64,000 nt of DNA, from the NCBI GenBank assembly GCA_040905465.1, contig JBBDRK010000017.1, positions 8,208-72,207 on the forward strand, written 5' to 3'. How positions within the stretch are numbered: position 1 is the stretch's first letter; each line of letters opens with the position of its first letter. Shown piece by piece: positions 30,587 through 40,412 of this stretch. This stretch comes from Trueperaceae bacterium (GTDB lineage Bacteria > Deinococcota > Deinococci > Deinococcales > Trueperaceae). The notes under the pieces are model-generated. The model was not told the origin of the DNA. It was given only the letters and a program-made list of their open reading frames with translations, and did no database searches. Made by a program: the position numbers and the translations under genes.

Positions 30587-30920
30587 CGCGGTTACTCGTC
30601 GGCCCACTCTCCATGTACGAGCGGCGGCCGTCAGGGCTGATCCGGGTTCTGAAGCGCGAGGTCGGTAGTGCCCGTGCAGCTCCTCGATGGCCCGCCTTAC
30701 CTTGGTGAGCGTCGCCGCTGCCAGTTTGTCCGGTTCTCGCCCCAAACTGGTACGACTTCGATGGTCTCCTCCCGGCGATCCTCTCACCATGGGAGCCGTG
30801 AAGTGATGGATGACCAGTAGTGATGGTCGTAATCGGCGGGTCGGAGTCCGGCTTCGATCGGAAGCAGGAGTCGGCTGGGGTGGCGAGCAACGGCTCGCTG
30901 CCGCCGTTAGGAGCTGTCTA

Positions 30921-31534
30921 GTGACGAAATCTGGTCGAGCGCTGCCGGCGGAGATGATCGCGGCACGCATCGAGGAACCTAACCGTGTTGCAGTCGAGAC
31001 GCTGGAGCGGCCGCGGCCCGGGCCCGGCGAGGTGCTTATCGAGGTGGCCCGGGCGGGGGTGTGCAGAACCGATCTGCATATCCTGCATGGGCAGTACGAG
31101 CTGGCCCGGTTCCCGGTGACTCCCGGGCACGAGTTCTCTGGAACGGTTGCACAGGTCGGCGAGGGGGTGAGGAGGCGCCGCATCGGCGAGCGGGTCACTG
31201 CCGATCCCAATCTGCCCTGCGTCACCTGCGAGGAGTGCCTGCGCGGCGCGCCCGCTCGGCCGGCACGGTCTGGGTCTTCGGCGTGGCACCCGAGGACGCC
31301 CGCATCTCCGTTTCGCCCTTCGAATTCTTCCGGCGCGATCTGAGCCTGATCGGCTCGTTCGCTGTGAACGGCACCTTCCCGGAGGCCATCTCGCTGATTC
31401 GCTCGGGCCGAGTCATGACCGGTCCTCTGGTTTCGCACGTGTTGCCTATTGAGCGCTTTGGCGAGGGGATGGAGATCGCACAGAGCGACCCCGACCGGAT
31501 GAAGGTGCAGTTCCGGCTGGATAAGGAGTCGTGA
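30921..31534 (+). pseudogene. Zinc-dependent (polyol-type) dehydrogenase 1 with internal deletion
   Basis: GVCRTDLH, PGHEFSG, CVTCEEC, then an out-of-frame jump near 31250 to the C-terminus; the NAD-binding part is missing. Confidence 0.85.
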
Positions 31535-31625
31535 CCTGCCCGCTTCCCGCTGGAGGACGTCCGAGACGCCTTCGACAAGGGTAGCCGCAGGGGGCGCGAC
31601 TCTCAAGATGGTGCTGAAACCTTAG
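31531..31625 (+). pseudogene. C-terminal remnant of zinc dehydrogenase 2
   Basis: Own translation (one frameshift): ARFPLEDVRDAFDK..VAAGGATLKMVLKP*. Confidence 0.6.
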
Positions 31626-31641
31626 CTGCCACGGTCGATCC

Positions 31642-32766
31642 TCACCTCATCGTATAGCGCTCCACGACCTCCTCATTCAGTTCGACACCTAGGCCCGGAC
31701 GGTCGGGGACAGGCAGTTCGCCGTTTTTGATCTGGGAGGCATGCCCCACAGGTTCCAGCAGGAGTTCGTCTCGCAGCGGGTGAGGGTAGTAAGAGCACTC
31801 ATAGGTATTGAAGTTACCTGCCGCGGCCGCCAGTTGAACCGATGCTGCTGCGGCAACGCCACCACAGTTGCCCACGTGCGGAGAGAAGGAGGCGTTGTAA
31901 AGGCTCGCGGTTATGGCGATCTTGTGACACTCGCTGATACCACCCGCGCGTGCTACGTCCGGCTGTACTACGTTTACCGCCCCAGTATCTAGCAAGGCCT
32001 TGATTCCGAAACGCGTGAACTCGCCTTCGCCGGCGGCCAGGGGCACTATGGAGTTCTGGCGCAGCATCGAATAAGAGGCGAGATCCTCGGTGGAGAACGG
32101 CTCCTCGAACCAGGCGACCGGTACCTCCTCGAGACGGCGGGCCAAACGAGCTGCCTCGGGGTACTGGTAGGCGCAGTTGGCATCCACCATGATCTCCACG
32201 GTGGGGCCTACGGCTTTCCGCAGTGCCCAGATTGTGGTGGCGTCCTGCTCGGCACCCAAGCCGATCTTGACCTTTATCGCCGTGAAACCGCGCTCTACTA
32301 GCGTCGTCGCGTCCTCGACCATCGCAGCGAGCTCCGCTACCCCGACCGAGGAAGCGTACGCCGCGATCGACGAGCGAGCGGAACCGCCGAGAAGCTTGTG
32401 GACGGGCATACCGGCGGACTTGCCCATCACATCCCAGACCGCGATATCGATGCCGCTCATCGCCTCCAGGAGAATGCCTCTGGAGTGACCGCTAAATGAG
32501 CCGAGCCCTCTGTACATACGGTTCCAGATCCACTCGACATCGAACGGGTCTGCCCCAACGATCAACGGTGCCAGCACCTCTTCCACGAGTTCCGACCAGA
32601 CCAGGGGCGAGTACCGGGCCAGGCACTCTCCTACCCCTTCTATGCCGTCACTGGTAGTTAGACGAACCAGGGCGGACTTAGCCTCTGTAAATGTCTGAGC
32701 GCTCGTGCTGAGCTTCTTGCTGAGCGGCGCCGCCAAACTGAGGGCCTTCACCCCGGTGATCTTCAT
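31642..32766 (-). CDS. Mandelate racemase/muconate lactonizing enzyme family protein
   Basis: IDIAVWDVMGK, KVKIG, VDAN, WFEEP, GE, QPD, H. Confidence 0.9.
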   Translation of the reverse strand: MKITGVKALSLAAPLSKKLSTSAQTFTEAKSALVRLTTSDGIEGVGECLARYSPLVWSELVEEVLAPLIVGADPFDVEWIWNRMYRGLGSFSGHSRGILLEAMSGIDIAVWDVMGKSAGMPVHKLLGGSARSSIAAYASSVGVAELAAMVEDATTLVERGFTAIKVKIGLGAEQDATTIWALRKAVGPTVEIMVDANCAYQYPEAARLARRLEEVPVAWFEEPFSTEDLASYSMLRQNSIVPLAAGEGEFTRFGIKALLDTGAVNVVQPDVARAGGISECHKIAITASLYNASFSPHVGNCGGVAAAASVQLAAAAGNFNTYECSYYPHPLRDELLLEPVGHASQIKNGELPVPDRPGLGVELNEEVVERYTMR

Positions 32767-33941
32767 CTCTGAGGTTGCGCCCCCTCAGCCGAACTGTTGC
32801 CGAAACGTGTTTCCCAGCCGGACTCGAAGAGGCGCATGAAGTTGCCGGCGCTGTACGGGTGCTCCCGGGCGATCTCTTCGTTCAGTTCGATGCCCAAGCC
32901 GGGACGATCGCTTACCTGGAAGTAGCCGTCTCGTAGTTCGGGTGTTCCCACCACGACGTCTCGGGTCCACGGATCGTTGAAGTCCTGGAACGTCTCTTGT
33001 ATCAGCAGATTGGGGAGGGTGAGGTCAAGATGACAGTTTGCCGCGCTGCATATCGGGCCGCGGGCGTTATGGAGGGCTACTACGGCGTTATTTGCGTTGG
33101 CGATAGCGGCGACTTCGCGGGTGGGCCACAGGCCGCCGACGTCGATGGTCTCCGGGTTGATTATATCGATCACATTGTGCGCCAGGAGCCGGGTGAATTC
33201 GCGCTGGCTCGTGAAGCGTTCTCCCACGCCGACAGGAACCGGGACGGCTTTGGCCACGGCCACCAGATCCTCGATGTCGCTGGAGAGCACAGGAGCCTCG
33301 TACCAGAGAGGGCTGAATTCTGCCAGTCGTTGGCCGATCCGTATCGCGTTCTGTACAGTAAAGCGGTCGTGAGCTTCAATGATGATATCCACGTCTTCGC
33401 CCACGGCTTCCTTCACAGCTCGTACGATCTCGATGCTCAGCCTTTCCTCTCGTGCGGAGATTGTTTGAAAGGAGGCGCCGAACGGGTCGAACTTGAGGGC
33501 GGTGTAGCCTTTCTCTACGACCTCCGCAGCCATCTCGGCGAACGCAACCGGGTCTCTCTTGCCGCGGTACCAGCCGTTCGCGTAGGCCCTGATCTCGTTC
33601 CTCATGCGTCCGCCCAAGAGTTGGTGGACGGGAGTGTTCAGGCTCTTGCCAAGAATGTCCCAGCAGGCGATTTCGATTCCGGCCATGGCCGCCTTCTGTA
33701 TCTGGCCTTCGGTCAGGTACATCGCTTTGTAGAGGTGATCCCACAGCGCGTGGATGTTGCGCGGGTCCTTCCCCTTGCAAAGGTGAGCTACCTCCCTGAT
33801 TGCGGCCTCGACTGGTAAGGAGTTGAGTCCTACAGTGGATTCGCCGTATCCGGTAATGCCTTCGTCTGTCTCTACCACGACGAAAATCCAGTTCTTCCAT
33901 GGATTGCCAACGATAATCGGTCGAATCTCGGTTATCTTCAT
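32763..33941 (-). CDS. Enolase-superfamily sugar-acid dehydratase (galactonate/gluconate dehydratase-like)
   Basis: IEIACWDILGK, AYANGWY, LKFDPF, EAH, GERF, HN. Confidence 0.88.
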   Translation of the reverse strand: MKITEIRPIIVGNPWKNWIFVVVETDEGITGYGESTVGLNSLPVEAAIREVAHLCKGKDPRNIHALWDHLYKAMYLTEGQIQKAAMAGIEIACWDILGKSLNTPVHQLLGGRMRNEIRAYANGWYRGKRDPVAFAEMAAEVVEKGYTALKFDPFGASFQTISAREERLSIEIVRAVKEAVGEDVDIIIEAHDRFTVQNAIRIGQRLAEFSPLWYEAPVLSSDIEDLVAVAKAVPVPVGVGERFTSQREFTRLLAHNVIDIINPETIDVGGLWPTREVAAIANANNAVVALHNARGPICSAANCHLDLTLPNLLIQETFQDFNDPWTRDVVVGTPELRDGYFQVSDRPGLGIELNEEIAREHPYSAGNFMRLFESGWETRFGNSSAEGAQPQR

Positions 33942-34891
33942 CTTGACTTCAACTCCCCGTACACGGTCATTAGCGGCGTGAGGCTCTCCAAAATGTTATC
34001 CAGTTCAGCGAGCGCGAATTTGTCGAGATGCTTGCCGCCGACTTGACGATGTCCCGCATGGCTAATGACGCCCCTCCTCTGCAAGACTTCTTTGTAGACC
34101 GCTACTCCGTAGGAGGTCTCGAAAAGGAGCAGTGGGAGAAGCTGGATGAACGTCTTCCTGGCGGCTTCCAGGTTGCCTTCTTCCAGGCTGTTCCAGAGTT
34201 TCACGTGGACGTCTGCTACCTCGCATGCGGGCATGGTTCCGCAGGCTCCGCGGCGAAACTCATCCAGAAGGTGCCGGCCTGCCTTGCCGCCCATGACGCC
34301 CTCGACGTCTGGTCCCGCCACCGCCTGGATTTCTGTAATGAGTTGACTCGAAAACTCCGTCTCTTCCTTTACGAAGCGAACATTGTCCAGGTCGCGCAAC
34401 ATCTTCGCCATCAGCTCGGCCGACATGGGTGTTCCCCCTGGGCCGCCGTAATTTTGCAGAAAGATTGGGACGCTCACTGCGTTGTCGAGAGCGGAGTAGT
34501 ACGCCCGTATCTCTGCCGGGGAACCCTTCTGCACGAATGGCGGCATGGCGATGATGGCGTCTGCCCCAACGTCCTGAGCGTGTGATGCGATCGGTACGGC
34601 CAACTCGGCACATGAGGCGGTAACGCCTACCACAACAGGAACGCGCCCCTGTGTCTCTTCGATGATGATCTCGGTGACGCGCTGACGTTCCCGTTCTGAA
34701 AGGTAAGCCGCCTCGCTGGCATTGACTGGAGCGACCAGCCCATGAACGCCTGCCACTAGGCAAAAGCGCACGCACTCGCGCAAGCTCACCTCATCCAGTG
34801 CCCCGTTCTCATCGAAGGGCGTCGGGGGTATGGCGAAAACTCCGCGCCAATGGCCAGTTGTTTGTTCTGTCACTGATCCAGCTCCTTTCAT
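33938..34891 (-). CDS. DapA/DHDPS-like family protein (KDA-dehydratase-like motifs)
   Basis: PTPFDENGALD; VNASE in place of GTTGE; LQN in place of LYN; Schiff-base K in VKEE. Confidence 0.85.
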   Translation of the reverse strand: MKGAGSVTEQTTGHWRGVFAIPPTPFDENGALDEVSLRECVRFCLVAGVHGLVAPVNASEAAYLSERERQRVTEIIIEETQGRVPVVVGVTASCAELAVPIASHAQDVGADAIIAMPPFVQKGSPAEIRAYYSALDNAVSVPIFLQNYGGPGGTPMSAELMAKMLRDLDNVRFVKEETEFSSQLITEIQAVAGPDVEGVMGGKAGRHLLDEFRRGACGTMPACEVADVHVKLWNSLEEGNLEAARKTFIQLLPLLLFETSYGVAVYKEVLQRRGVISHAGHRQVGGKHLDKFALAELDNILESLTPLMTVYGELKSR

Positions 34892-35020
34892 AGCTTGGTT
34901 AATCGTGGAGAGTCTCGATAGACGACCGCAGGTGATACAGCTGTACCGTCTGGCAGGGCCGGGAGAAGACGCGTGTGATGATGATCCAGAGTGAGGGGGT
35001 CCAGGTATGCAGCCATCGAT

Positions 35021-35908
35021 TCACCCCTTCACGGCTCCGCCGGTCAGGCCTTGGATCAGGGAGCGTTGCAGAAACGCGAAGGCGACTATGACCGGGATCA
35101 AGGAGCCCATCGTCGCAGCCATCAGAGGGCCCCACGAAATCCCGACCTCGGTTACGAAGAAGTAGAGGCCCACCTGCACCAGCCGGTGCTCGTCGGTGAG
35201 CGTCAGCGAGTACCCGAGCAGGAAGTCGTTCCATATGGTGACGAACACTAGGACGGCACCGGCAGCGAGCCCGGGTCGGAGCAACGGAAGCACGACCCGG
35301 TAGAACGCTCCCAGCTGAGTGGCACCGTCGATTAGCGCTGCCTCTTCCAGATCGGCGGGGATGCTGTCGATGAAGCCCTTGAGCAGCCAGATCAGGGTAG
35401 GCACGAGCCAAGCGGCGTAGACCAGCACGAGTATCGTGTAGGTGTCGTAAAGCCCGACGTCGACGGACAGCAAGTAGAGCGGAACTATGACGGATACGCC
35501 CGGGATCATGATGGTCGCCCACACCAGGAAGAGCAGTACGTTTTTTCCGGCGAACTGTCGGCGTGAGACTATATATGCGGCGTGGGCGGCAAGGAGGATA
35601 CTGATCAACATCGCTCCACCCACTACGATCAGGCTGTTGAGAAGGTAGCGCAAGAATTTCTCGTTAAGGAAACCTCGCAGATAGTTGTCGAGGTACAACT
35701 CCGACGGAATCCAGCGGGGTGGGAAGGCCGTAACGTTCACGGGAGACTTGAACGAGGTCGAGAGCCCCCAGAGAAGGGGCGCCAGAGCGAACAAGCATGC
35801 GATTATCAATAGTCCGTTCGTAAAGAGGACGCTGCCCATTCGTCGTACGACGCTGTACCGCTTCTGAGCTCTCTGGTCCCGTTCGGCCATCCGGCTCGTC
35901 AAATCCAC
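35021..35908 (-). CDS. Carbohydrate ABC permease (MalG-like)
   Basis: IPADLEEAALIDGA, WNDF, GLTGGAVKG. Confidence 0.92.
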   Translation of the reverse strand: MDLTSRMAERDQRAQKRYSVVRRMGSVLFTNGLLIIACLFALAPLLWGLSTSFKSPVNVTAFPPRWIPSELYLDNYLRGFLNEKFLRYLLNSLIVVGGAMLISILLAAHAAYIVSRRQFAGKNVLLFLVWATIMIPGVSVIVPLYLLSVDVGLYDTYTILVLVYAAWLVPTLIWLLKGFIDSIPADLEEAALIDGATQLGAFYRVVLPLLRPGLAAGAVLVFVTIWNDFLLGYSLTLTDEHRLVQVGLYFFVTEVGISWGPLMAATMGSLIPVIVAFAFLQRSLIQGLTGGAVKG

Positions 35909-35921
35909 GACGACTCCCGTC

Positions 35922-36845
35922 TCACTCGTTGTCCGAGCGTAGGACGCGTATATATACGAGTGTGAACGCGATGTTGAGGAGGAAGATCACCACGGCCGCG
36001 GCGGACGCGACACCCATTCGATAGAACTGAAATCCCTCCTTGAAGACTCGGAGCGCCAGGACATCGGTGCTGCCCGCCGGCCCACCTCCGGTCATGAGCA
36101 GGATCATGGTGACCATGTTGAAGGCGTGAAGGGTGGTGAGGACGAGCGCGACCAAGGTCGTGTTCCGGATCAGGGGCATGGTCACGTGCCAGAAGTTCTG
36201 CCACCTGTTGGCGCCGTCGATCCGGGCCGCGTCGGTCAATTCGCTGGGTATCGTCTGCAGCGCCGCCAAGACGAAAAGCATCACTAGCGGGTAAGACCGC
36301 CAGGCGTTAGCGAGGATCACACTTGGCATGGCGAAGTCAGTGCTCGTCAGCGGGTTGGGTAAGGACAGCCCCACCTGGCCCATGCTGTAGGCGATCGGTC
36401 CGAAGCGGTTGTTGAGAAGCCACATCCACAGGAGGGCCGTTACCAGTTGGGAGACGACCCACGGCAGTATGAGGATAGTCCGATATGCGCCGCGGAAGCG
36501 CGAAGGCCGGTTCAGCAGGAGTGCCAGCCCGAAGCCGATGGGCACGGTGACGCCTACGGTGCCTACTACGAAGATGAGTGAAATGCGCAGGTTCACTAGA
36601 CCGCTGCCGTCGAGGAGGAGCCTGTTGTAATTTCGAAAGCCGACGAAATTACCGAGCTGAAGATATTCGGCAGAGAAGAAGCTTTGCCTTACGGCATAAA
36701 AAAGCGGAAGGAAAGATACGGCAGCTACCAACAAGAACGCCGGGACGAAGAACAGATAGGTCATGAAGTGCTTCTGAAAGTGCCGTCTTGGCCCCATTGT
36801 CTTCGGAGCAAAGCCGGTGCCGGATCGTGTCGGTTCATTCCTCAC
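35922..36845 (-). CDS. Carbohydrate ABC permease (MalF-like)
   Basis: FVGFRNY, DAARIDGA, MTGGGPAGST. Confidence 0.92.
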   Translation of the reverse strand: MRNEPTRSGTGFAPKTMGPRRHFQKHFMTYLFFVPAFLLVAAVSFLPLFYAVRQSFFSAEYLQLGNFVGFRNYNRLLLDGSGLVNLRISLIFVVGTVGVTVPIGFGLALLLNRPSRFRGAYRTILILPWVVSQLVTALLWMWLLNNRFGPIAYSMGQVGLSLPNPLTSTDFAMPSVILANAWRSYPLVMLFVLAALQTIPSELTDAARIDGANRWQNFWHVTMPLIRNTTLVALVLTTLHAFNMVTMILLMTGGGPAGSTDVLALRVFKEGFQFYRMGVASAAAVVIFLLNIAFTLVYIRVLRSDNE

Positions 36846-36907
36846 TGCAGCGTGGCTCCCTCAGTTGCGTAGCCGGTCCTGGATGTGACTCGAGGAGGGG
36901 AGAAGGA

Positions 36908-36933
36908 GGGGCGGCACGTCAACGCGCCACCCC
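36908..36933 (-). terminator. Hairpin after the binding-protein gene
   Basis: Minus-strand RNA GGGGUGGCGCGU/ACGUGCCGCCCC pairs fully using G-U wobble, which works only on this strand. Confidence 0.6.
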
Positions 36934-36947
36934 CAATTTTTCGGTCC

Positions 36948-38225
36948 TTACCGTTCCGTGAGGCTGTCGTATTCGCGTTCCGCCCACGCGAGCCCTTCAC
37001 TGGGGCTCATCTGGTCGGTGAGTACCTGTTCGAACATCCGTGCCCAGACGTCGTAGAGGACATTGGTGTGCTGGGAAAGGCCGGCGAAGGTCATGGGATG
37101 CTCGGACGCGTAGTTGAGTGCCCAACGAATGTCCTTCGCTTCCTCCGTGTCGAAGAACGGGTCGGAGAGGACGCTCGCCCTGATCGGGATGTAGCCTGCC
37201 ATCTTGGTTTGAGCGATCTGCATCTCCGGCGACACCCAGTGCTCGATAAGTTTCCAGGCCAGATCGGGGCTATCGGAGGCCGCGGGTATTGCCGCCGTCC
37301 AGCCTTGGGTCAAGGCGGGGCCGGGCTGCTCCGGGTCGAAGGTCACGAGTTCCATGATTTGGATGTTGTCGCCAAGCCCCGACTCCGAGCGAATGAACTC
37401 CAGGCGATGAGTCGGGAGTGGCCGCATCGCTGCCTGGCCCGAAATGACGAGTTGTTGGGTCTCCTCGGAGCCCAGGAGAGCAACGTCGAGAGGCATCGCC
37501 TCGTGCACGTGAACGAGGTCGTAGACCCACTGCACCAGCCGCTCTGCCTCCTCCGAGGCGAAGTCGGCACTTCCGTCTTCGTTTAGTATCTCTGCTCCCA
37601 TGCCGACGAGGGTGGGGAAGAGCCACTCCATGGCGCCCGAGGCGTTCTTGGCGCTGAACGGCATCGCCATGCCCACTTGGTCACCCACAGTGAGCTCGGT
37701 TGCGGCGGCAGCGAGTTCATCGAGTGTTCTGGGAAGCTCCAGACCGGCTGCCTCGAACAAGTCGGCCCGGTAGATGATTCCGCCCACTCGCATCTCGTAG
37801 GGAATCGCGAAAATTGTTCCGTCGGAGGTCTGGGCTTCGGGAAAGATGACCAGGTCCGACCTGATCTCTTCGGACAGGTAGTCGTTAACCGGAAGTATCG
37901 TGCCGGCGTCAACGTGGGTGGGCAACAGCGGGGCAAACAACATCACCACATCGGGCACTCTGCGCGCCTGCGCCGCACGTAGCAGGCTAGGGCTTAACTC
38001 CTGCCACTGGATGACGTTCGCGGTTACGGTCACGCCCGGATTTTGTTCCTCGAAGGTGTCGATTACATGGGCCAACGCTTGGGAGCGCACGTTGTCGCCT
38101 GCTGGATCGATGAAGGTCCAGAGTTCGAGCTCGGTCTGACCGAGGGCAAGTGAGAGGGCCAGTAGCAGAGGTGCTATCCACGCTAGCCTTATTGCCGTCT
38201 TCTCGTGTCGATTCTGAGTTCGCAT
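36948..38225 (-). CDS. Carbohydrate ABC substrate-binding protein
   Basis: Signal peptide; FEEQNPGVTV, PDVV, IYRADLFEAAG, PRTLDEL. Confidence 0.9.
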   Translation of the reverse strand: MRTQNRHEKTAIRLAWIAPLLLALSLALGQTELELWTFIDPAGDNVRSQALAHVIDTFEEQNPGVTVTANVIQWQELSPSLLRAAQARRVPDVVMLFAPLLPTHVDAGTILPVNDYLSEEIRSDLVIFPEAQTSDGTIFAIPYEMRVGGIIYRADLFEAAGLELPRTLDELAAAATELTVGDQVGMAMPFSAKNASGAMEWLFPTLVGMGAEILNEDGSADFASEEAERLVQWVYDLVHVHEAMPLDVALLGSEETQQLVISGQAAMRPLPTHRLEFIRSESGLGDNIQIMELVTFDPEQPGPALTQGWTAAIPAASDSPDLAWKLIEHWVSPEMQIAQTKMAGYIPIRASVLSDPFFDTEEAKDIRWALNYASEHPMTFAGLSQHTNVLYDVWARMFEQVLTDQMSPSEGLAWAEREYDSLTER

Positions 38226-38367
38226 AATTATCTTCCCATCCTTTCCCTGGAGGCGAGCGGTTTTCCTTCTGGGCGAGGCGACTGGATTTCACCGCATAGC
38301 AGGCCTCCAAGTTTCTATGGGTCCTGGCAGTAGGGGCGGGCTGCTCGAGAGAACTCTCATAGCTGAG

Positions 38368-39201
38368 TCAATACTCTTGCTCAGGGGTCGCCCCCTTCGC
38401 GTGCATGGGCGGGAACGCGGGCTGTGTTGGATGAATGCCAAGTGCTCTTTGGGCATGCTCGGCTACCTCAACAACGATTCGTGCCAGTTCGGGGACACGT
38501 TGCTGGCTAACACGCGCACTAGGTCCGGAAATACTGATAGCAGCAAGCGCTATGCCCGGCCCATTGATGATCGGTGCACCGACGCAGCGAGCGCCTAACT
38601 CCCCCTCTTCGTCGTCGACAGCGAATCCCTGCCTCCTAACCCTCTCCAGCTCTGCCAGGAAGACCTCTCGCGAGACGATAGTCCTCTCCGTGCGACGCTC
38701 GAACGCTTCGCTGGCGAGTACTTCTTCCACATAGGTGGGGGACTGATAGGCGAGGAGGGCCTTTCCTGCAGACGTCGCGTATGGGGACGTGTGCCGCCCG
38801 ACGCGCGAGTAGATGCGGAGGGTGTTCGTGCTTTCGACGTTATCGATGAACACGGGTTTGGTGCCGTCGAGAACGACCAAGTTGCTCGTCTCGCCGGTGC
38901 GTTGTGTCAATTCGGTAAGGAACGGGCGTATGCTCTTGCGCAGTTCGAGCTGGTTACCTGCTGCCACTCCTATGCGAAGGGCAACCAGGCCCAGGTAGTA
39001 CCGGCCGTCGTCCCGGGTGCGCCGGACGAGACCGTTGTTTTCCAGTGTAGCTAGAAACCGATGTGCCGTCGATTTGCCGATGCCGAGCGCTTCCCGGATT
39101 TCGGTGAACGTCCGACCTTCGTGGCTCGACGCAAGGAACAGCAATACGGCCGTGGCTTTGTGAATCGATTTGATATCGCTGCTGCTTGCCGCGGAATCCA
39201 T
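38368..39201 (-). CDS. IclR family regulator
   Basis: KSTAHRFLATL, TGETSNL, TSAGKALLA, GFAVDDEE...CVGAPI. Confidence 0.92.
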   Translation of the reverse strand: MDSAASSSDIKSIHKATAVLLFLASSHEGRTFTEIREALGIGKSTAHRFLATLENNGLVRRTRDDGRYYLGLVALRIGVAAGNQLELRKSIRPFLTELTQRTGETSNLVVLDGTKPVFIDNVESTNTLRIYSRVGRHTSPYATSAGKALLAYQSPTYVEEVLASEAFERRTERTIVSREVFLAELERVRRQGFAVDDEEGELGARCVGAPIINGPGIALAAISISGPSARVSQQRVPELARIVVEVAEHAQRALGIHPTQPAFPPMHAKGATPEQEY

Positions 39202-39216
39202 GATGACATCCTTACG

Positions 39217-39243
39217 AGTTCCGGAACCCGGAACTAAGTTCCG
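39217..39243. promoter_or_regulatory. Overlapping inverted repeats, likely IclR operator
   Basis: AGTTCCGG-AAC-CCGGAACT (39217-39235) and CGGAACT-A-AGTTCCG (39229-39243). Confidence 0.65.
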
Positions 39244-39399
39244 AAAGTGCGATCAATTGATATTAAACCGCATCTGGATGCCGAGTAACGGACCAACTCG
39301 TGTTCGAGTACAAAGGACGGGCACGATACGCCTCGTACAAGCTGACTCTATCGGCTGACAGGCGGGGAAGACCGACCCACGATTGCAGTTGACAGGACC

Positions 39400-39612
39400 C
39401 CCAAGAAGCTGAATGAACGCGGGCTGGAGGGCGAAACCATGATGATCGTCGAGAAGACCGATGAGGGAGCACTAATGCTTCGTCCGGCGGGCGTCTATCC
39501 GATAGAGCTCTACAGCGAGGAGCGCATCGAGCAGTTCCTCGAGGCGGACAGGATGAGTGCGGAAATGGCTGAGCGGGTGAGGGGCAAGCTCGCCACAAAA
39601 AAGAGCCAGTGA
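39400..39612 (+). pseudogene. AbrB/MazE-type antitoxin remnant, paralog of 57611-57877
   Basis: GLEGETMMIVEKTDEGALMLRPAGVYPIELYSEERIEQFLEA aligns with the 57611 ORF; N-terminus and toxin are absent. Confidence 0.8.
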
Positions 39613-39619
39613 GCGCTTA

Positions 39620-40110
39620 AGAAGAGTGACTGGCCGGCGCCGTAGGTGGCCGGGTAGTCGCGCAGGCGGTGTTGAGGAAGGGCGTCTTCCCGGATCTGCC
39701 GGCGCTCGTGGCCGCCGGTCGCCGCCGTCGCTGCGTGAACCATTGCCGCGAAGAAAAGCCCGGCCTTTGGGCGCTGCTGCGACTTAAGAAGCGAGTAGCT
39801 CTCGGCTTCGTCGATCAGCACGCACAGGCCGCTGTAGCCGGGCAGCCGCGCCAGCACGTTGATGCCGCTGAGCAGGAAGGCGATCTGGCGAGCGTTGTGC
39901 CCGACTTTGTAGATAGTGGGGAACTTGACATCCTTGGGGGTGGCCTTGGTCATGAGCCTGGTGCGCCCGCCGCCCATCAGCCAGCTCCGCCAGGCCGCCT
40001 GCTGGCGAGTGGAGGGGGTGTCGGCCAGGACGTCCGGCGCCACCTCGCGGGCAGGAATGAGCAGCGGTTCGCCCGCTCTCGTGACGAAGCGGTTGCGCTC
40101 ACGGTGGCAG
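39620..40110 (-). pseudogene. Internal fragment of a BrxD/DUF2791-like P-loop ATPase
   Basis: LARLPGYSGLCVLIDEAESY Walker B region; no Walker A, no credible start or stop. Confidence 0.5.
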
Positions 40111-40188
40111 CTGTAGTGGTCTCGCGGCGGGCTTAGAGCTTTCTCGGTCAACCAGTATGATCGGTACGATCGAGCTACCTTGCGGGCC

Positions 40189-40359
40189 ATGGCGAAGCGG
40201 ATCTCAGCAATCAAGGCGCGGCAGGCTCTCGGTACCTTGCTGGACGACGTCAAGCTCACAGGCGCGGAGTATCTCATCGAGCGCGACGGCAAGCCCACGG
40301 CTGCCGTAATCTCGTCATTACTCGCCGTTGAACGGCGGAACGTGCCATCTGTATACTGA
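40189..40359 (+). pseudogene. Phd/YefM antitoxin, truncated and orphaned
   Basis: MAKRISAIKARQALGTLLDDVKLTGAEYLIERDGKPTAAVIS; tandem GTATGATCG/GTACGATCG at 40155-40172 upstream. Confidence 0.75.
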
Positions 40360-40412
40360 GCCGATGCCGGACGAAGACTACCCGACCGAAGTTTTCTGAT
40401 GGCGTATTACCC

